Source: Candidatus Fraserbacteria bacterium
GTDB taxonomy: Bacteria; Bipolaricaulota; Bipolaricaulia; RBG-16-55-9; JANLFV01
DNA: 18,664 bases
Assembly: GCA_037446135.1 (NCBI GenBank)
Contig: JBBIJD010000034.1
Span: 1 to 18,664 of the forward strand
Direction of reading: 5' to 3'
Under the pieces are notes generated by a model. The model was not told the DNA's origin, ran no database searches, and was given only the letters and a program-made list of their open reading frames with translations. Shown piece by piece: positions 6,125-12,983 of the stretch. The number at the start of each line of letters is the position of its first letter. Position 1 is the stretch's first letter. A program made the translations under genes and the position numbers.

Positions 6125-6991
6125 TCACTTCGCCGGGTAGCGAATGATCTGGGCATCCTTCGGTAGCGCCAGCAACTCCTCTTCAGTCAGGCCGTGATTG
6201 AGTTGGACCTCCCTCACAAGGAAGATCGTTGTCTCCTCCTTTATCTTCCCTTCGGCTTCGCGCAGGAGGTGGACCTCGACCCGCCGCGGGACGAGGTCCG
6301 CAGGATCGATCCAGATCAGCTCCCTGCTCGAGAGCCCCTTCTGCATTTGCGGCGAGGTCGCTTCCAAGAGGTAATCCCCCAATCGCCAGGCGCTCACCCT
6401 GAGTGCTAAGGGGAAGTCCTCCGCGCCCGCGGGCTCCCTCAAGGAGAGGCTGAGAAGGGAGGGCAAGGGCGGCCTTCCCGCGGCCAGCTCGGCGATAGTG
6501 GTTCCCAGATCCAATTCGAGCGGCAAGGCCGGCGAGGTGATCTGCTGGGAGAGGACGAGGGAGAAGCCCTCTCCCTGGAGACGGGCGACGATCTCTTCCA
6601 GATCAAAATTGAGGGACTCGAGGAAGGGATAGAGGGCATGCTGCTCGGTGATCTCCTGGACGATGATCGTCTTGTTCACCGGGATATATTGCGAGAGGAG
6701 GTGCCCATCGAGGGTATAGACCTGGCCGCGCATCTCTGCCGGATCGAGGAACTCCAGCCGGAGGACCTTCTGCTTCACCAGGGTCGCGATCCGGACCCTG
6801 GCTTGCTCTCGTTCCTTCCCTTCGGGGGTGATCTGGAGGATGGTCACGATGGCCTGGAGGTCTTCTAGCTCAGCGTAGACGGCCTTCAGCTGCTGGAGGA
6901 AGGCCTGGAGCTCAGGCTGTTGCTGCTGGGCTAAAACAAGGGGGGCCAAGAGGGATAAGAGCACTAGCGAACATAAACCCCTTCTGCTCAT
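6125..6991 (-). CDS. Exported LolA-like (lipoprotein carrier/sorting fold) protein, 288 aa
   Basis: Signal peptide MSRRGLCSLVLLSLLAPLVLA|Q; LolA-like pattern LRLEFLDP..GQVYTLDGHLLSQYIP, LIWIDPADLVPRRVE, C-terminal VQLNHGLTEEELLALPKDAQII. The longer ORF start at 7216 overlaps pgk and is rejected. Confidence 0.6.
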   Translation of the reverse strand: MSRRGLCSLVLLSLLAPLVLAQQQQPELQAFLQQLKAVYAELEDLQAIVTILQITPEGKEREQARVRIATLVKQKVLRLEFLDPAEMRGQVYTLDGHLLSQYIPVNKTIIVQEITEQHALYPFLESLNFDLEEIVARLQGEGFSLVLSQQITSPALPLELDLGTTIAELAAGRPPLPSLLSLSLREPAGAEDFPLALRVSAWRLGDYLLEATSPQMQKGLSSRELIWIDPADLVPRRVEVHLLREAEGKIKEETTIFLVREVQLNHGLTEEELLALPKDAQIIRYPAK

Positions 6992-7005
6992 CGGACCACC
7001 GGCCC

Positions 7006-7034
7006 ATTGTAATCCTAGCCCTTGTGCACGGCAA
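7006..7034 (-). promoter_or_regulatory. sigma70 promoter for the LolA-like gene
   Basis: Minus strand TTGCCG (7034-7029), 17 nt, TACAAT (7011-7006). Confidence 0.65.
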
Positions 7035-7039
7035 GTCGG

Positions 7040-7068
7040 TTGACATAGCCTGAGGGATCGGGTATTCT
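7040..7068 (+). promoter_or_regulatory. sigma70 promoter for pgk
   Basis: TTGACA (7040-7045), 17 nt, TATTCT (7063-7068). Confidence 0.75.
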
Positions 7069-7085
7069 CCGCCGAGGTGAGCGGG

Positions 7086-8261
7086 ATGCTCCGCAGCTTG
7101 CGAGACTTAAAGGTCGAAGGGAAGAGAGTCCTCGTCCGAGTCGACTTCAATGTCCCCCTCAAGGGGGGGAAGGTCGCCGACGACCGGCGGATCCGTGAGG
7201 CCCTCCCCACGATCAATTATCTAATCGAGCATAAAGCGAAGACGATCCTCGCCTCCCACCTCGGTCGCCCTGAAGGGAGGGTCGTGGAGGAGCTGCGCCT
7301 CGACCCGGTCGCGACCCGACTGGGCGAGCTGCTCGGTAGATCAGTGAGGAAGCTCGATGATTGCATCGGCCCTGAGGTCGAGAAGACCATAGCCCGGCTG
7401 AGGCCCGGCGAGGTCATTCTCCTGGAGAACCTCCGCTTCCATCAGGGAGAGGAGGCGAACGACCCGGGGTTCGCCCGGGCCTTGGCCGCTCTGGCCGAGC
7501 TCTTTGTGAACGATGCCTTCGGGACAGCCCATCGGAAGCACGCCTCAAATTACGGTGTGGCCAAGCTCTTGCCCAGTGCCGCCGGGTTCCTCATGGAGGC
7601 CGAGATTAAGAACCTCTCCAGGCTTAGAGATGACCCGGAGCACCCCTTCCTTGCGATCATCGGGGGAAAGAAGGCCGAGGACAAGATCGGGGTCCTCTTC
7701 GATCTCTTGGGGAAGGTCGATGCCTTCCTCATCGGGGGTGGGGTGGCCTTCACCTTCCTCAAGGTCCGGGGCTATGAGGTCGGGAATTCTATCGTCGATG
7801 AGGCCCTTTTGAGCGAGGCCGAGCGGTTCCTGGCCGAGGGGGAGCGACGCGGGGTAAAGGTCCTCCTGCCACAGGATGTCCGCATCGCTGAGAAGTTCGA
7901 GACGAAAGCACCGGTGAGAGTCGTCCCAGTCCGGGCGATCCCCAAGGGCTGGCTCGGGCTCGATATCGGGCCAAAGACGGCTGAGGAGTTCGGTCGGCGG
8001 CTCCTTGAGGCAAGGACGGTCCTCTGGACCGGTCCGCTGGGGGCCTTCGAGCTCCCGCCATTCGCCGAGGGGACGCGGGCCGTGGCCGAAGCCTTAGCGA
8101 AGGCCCCGGCCTTTTCCGTGATCGGCGGCGGGGAGACGGCCGAGGCGCTCGAGCAGCTAGGCCTGGCGAAAAAGATGGGCTACATCTCCACCGGCGGGGG
8201 GGCCATGCTCCATTTCCTGAAGGGGGAGGAGCTCCCGGCGGTCGAGCCCCTCAAAGCTTAA
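7086..8261 (+). CDS. pgk: Phosphoglycerate kinase, about 391 aa
   Basis: RVDFNVP, SHLGRP, LLENLRF, NDAFGTAHR, GLDIGP, ISTGGGA; GAGGTG SD favours ATG 7086 over GTG 7077. Confidence 0.98.
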   Translation: MLRSLRDLKVEGKRVLVRVDFNVPLKGGKVADDRRIREALPTINYLIEHKAKTILASHLGRPEGRVVEELRLDPVATRLGELLGRSVRKLDDCIGPEVEKTIARLRPGEVILLENLRFHQGEEANDPGFARALAALAELFVNDAFGTAHRKHASNYGVAKLLPSAAGFLMEAEIKNLSRLRDDPEHPFLAIIGGKKAEDKIGVLFDLLGKVDAFLIGGGVAFTFLKVRGYEVGNSIVDEALLSEAERFLAEGERRGVKVLLPQDVRIAEKFETKAPVRVVPVRAIPKGWLGLDIGPKTAEEFGRRLLEARTVLWTGPLGAFELPPFAEGTRAVAEALAKAPAFSVIGGGETAEALEQLGLAKKMGYISTGGGAMLHFLKGEELPAVEPLKA

Positions 8262-8284
8262 ATTAAAGAAAGAAGGAGGGAGAG

Positions 8285-8704
8285 ATGGAAATCCGGATAG
8301 ACAGCAACGGGGGCGGGAGGAAGGCCCTCTACTGCCCCCTCTGCGGGCGCCAGGGGCAGAAGGTGAAGATGCGAGAGGGGAAGGTCCTCATCCGTTCCCC
8401 CAGCACACTCCTTGAGCCTAAGCCCCTATTGCGGCTGCTTCAGCGCTCGCCGTTCGGGCTCTTCCTCCGGCTCCGGGCCGGGCGGAGGCTCCTCAAGCGC
8501 CATGAGCGGCTCTTCTATCGGCTCTATTTCTCGCCTTACAAGCAGGTGAATGGCTACATCTGTGAGGCGGTCCCGAGCCACGGGCTGACGCGTGAGACTT
8601 ATCTTAAGGCCCTGCTCGGGCAGGCCACGCCCGCGACGATCCGCGAGGAGATGGGCGAGATCCAGGAGGTCTATCGCGAGGCCCTTTGGGCCGGGCTAGA
8701 GTAG
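8285..8704 (+). CDS. Hypothetical protein, 139 aa, possible split zinc ribbon (CPLC ... CEAVPSH)
   Basis: Strong SD AAGGAGG; 23 nt after pgk; fills the gap to the uvrB stop; no family recognised. Confidence 0.75.
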   Translation: MEIRIDSNGGGRKALYCPLCGRQGQKVKMREGKVLIRSPSTLLEPKPLLRLLQRSPFGLFLRLRAGRRLLKRHERLFYRLYFSPYKQVNGYICEAVPSHGLTRETYLKALLGQATPATIREEMGEIQEVYREALWAGLE

Positions 8705-8721
8705 GGTGAGAGGGCCAAAGG

Positions 8722-10707
8722 CTAGGCGAGCCCGATCAGCTCCTTCCGCAATTCCTTGATCTCGTCGCGCAGGGCCGCGGCCCGCTCGAACTCCAGCCTT
8801 TTGGCGGCCTCGAACATCTCCTGCTCCAGTTCGGCGATCAGCCCCGGCACCTCATGGGGGGCGAGTGGCCTCATCTTGAGCTTGGCCCTAGATTTTACTT
8901 CCAGTCCCTCTTCTCTCTGGAGCTCTTGGACGATGTCCTGGACGGCCTTCTTGATCGTCTCCGGGGTGATCCCATGCCGCTCGTTATACTCGATCTGGAG
9001 CCGGCGCCGGCGCTCGGTCTCCGCGATCGCTCGCTCGATCGAGTCCGTGAACTGGTCGGCGTATAGGATGACTTTCCCCCGGACATTCCTGGCCGCCCGG
9101 CCGATCGTCTGGATCAAGGAGGTCTCGCTCCGCAGGAAGCCCTCCTTGTCGGCATCGAGGATCGCCACGAGCGCGACCTCGGGAAGGTCCAGGCCCTCAC
9201 GGAGGAGGTTGATCCCCACTAGGACATCGAACTCACCCAGCCTTAGGTCCCGGAGGATCTCCACTCGGTCGAGGGTCTCGATCTCGGAGTGGAGGTAACG
9301 GGCCCGAATCCCCAGGTCGACCAGGTAGTCAGTGAGGTCCTCGGCCATCCGCTTGGTGAGGGTCGTCACCAGTGCCCGTTCGCCCCGCTGAGCCACCCTT
9401 TGGAGTTCCCCGATCAAGTCGTCCACCTGGCCCTCGACCGGCCGGACCACCACCTCGGGGTCGACAAGCCCCGTCGGGCGGATGATTTGCTCGACGACCC
9501 GACTGCTCTTCTCCCGCTCGTATGGCCCCGGTGTGGCCGAGGTGTAGATCACCTGATTGATCTTCTGCTCGAATTCCTCGAACCGGAGCGGCCGATTATC
9601 CAGGGCGCTCGGGAGCCGGAAGCCATGTTCGATTAGGACCTCCTTCCGAGCGCGATCGCCGTTGAACATCCCGTGGAGCTGGGGGATCGTCTGGTGAGAT
9701 TCATCGATCACCAGGAGGAAGTCTTTCGGGAAGTAATCGAGCAGGGTCGCTGGGGGCTCGCCCGGGGCCCGGCCGTCGAGGTGCCTCGAGTAGTTCTCGA
9801 TCCCCGAGCAATAGCCCAGTTCGCGGATCATCTCCAGGTCGTAGCGGGTTCGCATCTCCAGCCGCTCGGCCTCGAGGAGCTTCCCCTGCTTTCGGAAGTA
9901 GGTGAGCCGTTCCTCCAATTCCGCCTCGATCGAGCGGATCGCCCGCTCGAGCCTCTCCTTCGGGGTGACGAAGTGAGAGGCGGGATAAATCGTGAGCACT
10001 TCATGCTCCTCGACTACTCGACCGGTGATCGGGTCTAGTTCGACGAGCCTTTCCAGCTCGTCCCCGAAGAGCTCGAGCCGGATGATTCTCTCGCCATAGA
10101 TCGGGATCAGCTCGATCGTGTCCCCTCGGACTCGGAAGGTCCCCCGAGCGAAGCCGAGGTCGTTCCGCTCATACTGGAGCTCGATCAATTTCCTTAGGAT
10201 CTCATCACGATCCCGCTCCTCTCCCTTCTTTAGGGTCAGGCTCATCTCGCGATAGTCCTCGGGCCTCCCCAGGCCATAGATGCAGGAGACGCTGGCGACG
10301 ATGATCACATCCCGCCGCTCGAAGAGAGCCGAGGTAGCGGCATGCCTGAGCCGATCGATCTCCTCGTTGATCGAGGCGTCCTTAGCGATGTAAGTGTCGG
10401 TCTGGGGGATATATGCCTCCGGCTGGTAGTAGTCATAGTAGCTCACGAAGTAATGGACCGCATTCTTGGGGAAGAACCGGCGGAACTCGCTACAGAGCTG
10501 GGCCGCGAGGGTCTTATTGTGTGCGATCACCAATGTCGGCCTCTGGACTCGGGCGATCACATTGGCGATGGTGAAGGTCTTTCCCGAGCCTGTGACCCCG
10601 AGGAGGGTCTGATGCTTCAAGCCGGCCTCGAGCCCCTCGACTAGCCTTGCGATCGCCTTCGGCTGGTCCCCCCGAGGGGGGAACTCCGCTTCCAATTGGA
10701 ATTCCAT
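8722..10707 (-). CDS. uvrB: Excinuclease ABC subunit B, about 661 aa
   Basis: Walker A GVTGSGKT, beta-hairpin [33 protein letters not shown]-terminal UVR motif [16 protein letters not shown] 10716 lies inside the -10 box, so 10707 is preferred. Confidence 0.99.
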   Translation of the reverse strand: MEFQLEAEFPPRGDQPKAIARLVEGLEAGLKHQTLLGVTGSGKTFTIANVIARVQRPTLVIAHNKTLAAQLCSEFRRFFPKNAVHYFVSYYDYYQPEAYIPQTDTYIAKDASINEEIDRLRHAATSALFERRDVIIVASVSCIYGLGRPEDYREMSLTLKKGEERDRDEILRKLIELQYERNDLGFARGTFRVRGDTIELIPIYGERIIRLELFGDELERLVELDPITGRVVEEHEVLTIYPASHFVTPKERLERAIRSIEAELEERLTYFRKQGKLLEAERLEMRTRYDLEMIRELGYCSGIENYSRHLDGRAPGEPPATLLDYFPKDFLLVIDESHQTIPQLHGMFNGDRARKEVLIEHGFRLPSALDNRPLRFEEFEQKINQVIYTSATPGPYEREKSSRVVEQIIRPTGLVDPEVVVRPVEGQVDDLIGELQRVAQRGERALVTTLTKRMAEDLTDYLVDLGIRARYLHSEIETLDRVEILRDLRLGEFDVLVGINLLREGLDLPEVALVAILDADKEGFLRSETSLIQTIGRAARNVRGKVILYADQFTDSIERAIAETERRRRLQIEYNERHGITPETIKKAVQDIVQELQREEGLEVKSRAKLKMRPLAPHEVPGLIAELEQEMFEAAKRLEFERAAALRDEIKELRKELIGLA

Positions 10708-10714
10708 CGGGGCC

Positions 10715-10744
10715 ATTATAGCATGGCAGAAACGCTCGGCTCAA
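10715..10744 (-). promoter_or_regulatory. sigma70 promoter for uvrB, leaderless geometry
   Basis: Minus strand TTGAGC (10744-10739), 18 nt, extended -10 TGcTATAAT (10720-10715), then 7 nt to ATG 10707. Confidence 0.7.
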
Positions 10745-10980
10745 GGGACCGGGTCATAGCCCCCCGGGCTCAAGGGGTGGCAGCGGGCGAGCCGCTTGAG
10801 CGCCAGCCAGCCGCCCTTGAGGAGGCCATGCTTGAGGATCGCCTGACGGGCATATTCCGAGCAGGAGGGGTAGAACCGACAGCTTTGAGGGAGGAGCGGC
10901 GAGAGGAGCCATTGGTAGAGGACGAACGGCAGGACTGCCAGTCGGCGCAGCACCATGCTGAATAACCTTCGACTCGCCAT
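10741..10980 (-). CDS. yidD: Membrane protein insertion efficiency factor YidD, about 79 aa
   Basis: [41 protein letters not shown]; start at ATG 10980 or ATG 10956. Confidence 0.95.
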   Translation of the reverse strand: MASRRLFSMVLRRLAVLPFVLYQWLLSPLLPQSCRFYPSCSEYARQAILKHGLLKGGWLALKRLARCHPLSPGGYDPVP

Positions 10981-10992
10981 CCCTTCTTTTTT

Positions 10993-11021
10993 AGGATAGC
11001 CCGAGCTGGCCGGCGAGGCAA
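10993..11021 (-). promoter_or_regulatory. sigma70 promoter for yidD
   Basis: Minus strand TTGCCT (11021-11016), 17 nt, TATCCT (10998-10993). Confidence 0.6.
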
Positions 11022-11043
11022 CCCTTGGGGTAGATTCCAGTCG

Positions 11044-11949
11044 ATGGCCGAGACGATCTTCCTCACTGGGGGGACGGGCTTTCTGGGGAGACATCTCCTC
11101 CCGGCCCTCGTGCAATGGGGCTATCACCTGCGGGCCCTCGTGCGCCCCTCCTCGGCCCGAAAGCTCCCAGAAGCGGCGGGCTGTGAGCTGATCGAGGGAG
11201 ACCTCCTCTCTCCGGAGGGCTTCGTCTCGGTCCTAGCGGGCGTCCGGACGGTAGTCCACCTCGCGGCAATCATTGAAGGGGGCCGCCAGGAGCTTCTGGA
11301 GACGAACTGGCGGGGGACGGCCGGACTGGTCCGGCTCGCGAAGGCCGCCGGTGTCGAGAGGATCATCTACACGAGCAGCCTTGGGGCCGGGCCGAACCCT
11401 AGGTTCCCTTACCTTTACTCCGCCTGGCTGGCCGAGGAGGAGCTTCGCAAAAGCGGCCTCTCTTTCCTAATCTTCCGGCCCTCGATCCTCATCGGACCTG
11501 GGGACCCCTTCACCGAGGGGCTGAAGCGGATGGCCCGGGCCTGGCCCTTCCTCATCCTCCCGCAGAGCCGGGCCCGTTTCCAGCCCCTCTGGGTCGGGGA
11601 TATAGTCCGCTGCATCTTGCAGGCCCTGGAAGATGAGCGCCCCTGGGGAAAGATTATCGCGCTCGGCGGGCCAGAGGTCCTCTCCCTCGAGGAGATCGCC
11701 CGGATAGTTATGGAAGAGCTGGGGGTAGCCAAGCCGATCATCCGCCTCCCCCGCCGGCCGCTCCGCTCGTTCTTCCGCTTCTCCCGACGATTGGGCCTCC
11801 AGCTCCCTTATGTCGAGGGCCACTTCATCGGGGGTGACAACCTCGCCGGGCTTGGGGCAGTCGAGCGGACCTTCGGCTTCCAGCCGAGGGCCCTGAGCGA
11901 GGTGCTCGAGCTCGAGTTGCAGGATGAGCGAGCCCTCTGGTATCCTTGA
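11044..11949 (+). CDS. NAD(P)-dependent epimerase/dehydratase family, atypical SDR (NDUFA9-like), 301 aa
   Basis: TGGTGFLG Rossmann motif, [33 protein letters not shown]. Confidence 0.9.
   Translation: MAETIFLTGGTGFLGRHLLPALVQWGYHLRALVRPSSARKLPEAAGCELIEGDLLSPEGFVSVLAGVRTVVHLAAIIEGGRQELLETNWRGTAGLVRLAKAAGVERIIYTSSLGAGPNPRFPYLYSAWLAEEELRKSGLSFLIFRPSILIGPGDPFTEGLKRMARAWPFLILPQSRARFQPLWVGDIVRCILQALEDERPWGKIIALGGPEVLSLEEIARIVMEELGVAKPIIRLPRRPLRSFFRFSRRLGLQLPYVEGHFIGGDNLAGLGAVERTFGFQPRALSEVLELELQDERALWYP
11917..11946 (+). promoter_or_regulatory. Possible internal sigma70 promoter for the S1 / oxidoreductase operon
   Basis: TTGCAG (11917-11922), 18 nt, extended -10 TGgTATCCT (11941-11946), 9 nt before ATG 11956, which has no SD. 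Confidence 0.45.
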
Positions 11950-11955
11950 GCAGCA

Positions 11956-12420
11956 ATGGAGTTCAAGGTCGGCGAGGTCCTCCGAGGCGAGGTCGTGGCG
12001 CTCAAGCCCTATGGGGCATTCGTCCGGCTCCCTAACGGCGGGATCGGGATGATCCACATCTCCGAGGTCGCCCAGGAGTATGTGAGTGACATCTCGCAAT
12101 ACCTCTCCGTAGGTGAGGAGGTCATGGTCAAGGTGATCGGGGAGAACGCTGAGGGGAAGCCGAACCTCTCACTGAAGCGCCTGACCCCTGAGGAGCTGGA
12201 AGAGGCCCGTTTCCACCGCGAGGTCGAGGAGGTCAGACTGGCCCTGGGGCGGCGGAATGGCGAGATCCTGGCCCGCTTGAGGCGGCAGAGGCGGCCGAAA
12301 TCCCTCCCCCAGCAAGAGGAGACCCTCCGCAGTTGGATCGCCGAGGTCAAGCGCACCCTCGAGAAGGTCCAGGCGAACATGGCCCGCCGGAGTCTCCCGC
12401 AAAGGAGGGAAGCCAATTGA
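11956..12420 (+). CDS. S1 RNA-binding domain protein (GSP13/CvfD-like) with helical C-terminal extension, 154 aa
   Basis: GEVVALKPYGAFVRL..GMIHISEVA..YV..I..YLSVGEEVMVKVI..NLSLK. Confidence 0.9.
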   Translation: MEFKVGEVLRGEVVALKPYGAFVRLPNGGIGMIHISEVAQEYVSDISQYLSVGEEVMVKVIGENAEGKPNLSLKRLTPEELEEARFHREVEEVRLALGRRNGEILARLRRQRRPKSLPQQEETLRSWIAEVKRTLEKVQANMARRSLPQRREAN

Positions 12421-12983
12421 CCGAGTTGACCGAGATCCGCTTCCATGGCCGAGGGGGCCAAGGGGCGGTCGTGGCCTCCCAGATCCTGGCCGCGGCCCTC
12501 TTTAAAGAGGGGAAGTTCGTCCAGGCCTTCCCCGCATTCGGTGTGGAGCGGCGGGGTGCGCCCGTGGCCGCGTTCATCCGGGTCTCCGACCGCCCGATCT
12601 TGCTCCGCTGTGAGATCTATCACCCTGACCACCTGGTGGTCCTCGATCCGACTTTGATCTATGCGATCGATGTGACCGCCGGGCTGAAAGAGAATGGCTG
12701 GATCATCATCAATAGCGACCGCTCCCCACAGGAGTTCGCCCTCCCGGGGAGATTCAAGATCGCGACCGTCGATGCTAACCGCATTGCTGTGGAGCACCGC
12801 TTAGGGAATCCCACTAACCCCATCGTCAATACCGCCATTTTAGGGGCCTTCGCTCGGATCACCGGCCTAGTCAAGCTCAAGTCGCTCCTCTCCGCCGTCC
12901 GGGAGGAGGTCCCCCTCCAGAAGGATGAGAATGCTGCAGCGACGGAAGAGGCCTACAGGGAGGCCCGAGCACTTGAGCGCTAA
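12417..12983 (+). CDS. porC: 2-oxoacid:acceptor oxidoreductase gamma subunit, about 188 aa
   Basis: EIRFHGRGGQG, FPAFGVERRGAPV, VVLDPTL, IVNTAILGA; SD AGGAGG (12403-12408) 8 nt before TTG 12417, which overlaps the S1 stop. Confidence 0.93.
   Translation: MTELTEIRFHGRGGQGAVVASQILAAALFKEGKFVQAFPAFGVERRGAPVAAFIRVSDRPILLRCEIYHPDHLVVLDPTLIYAIDVTAGLKENGWIIINSDRSPQEFALPGRFKIATVDANRIAVEHRLGNPTNPIVNTAILGAFARITGLVKLKSLLSAVREEVPLQKDENAAATEEAYREARALER

Noticed and set aside
6992..7216. 75-residue N-terminal extension of the LolA-like ORF
   Set aside because: It is antisense to pgk; the signal peptide and promoter point to ATG 6991.
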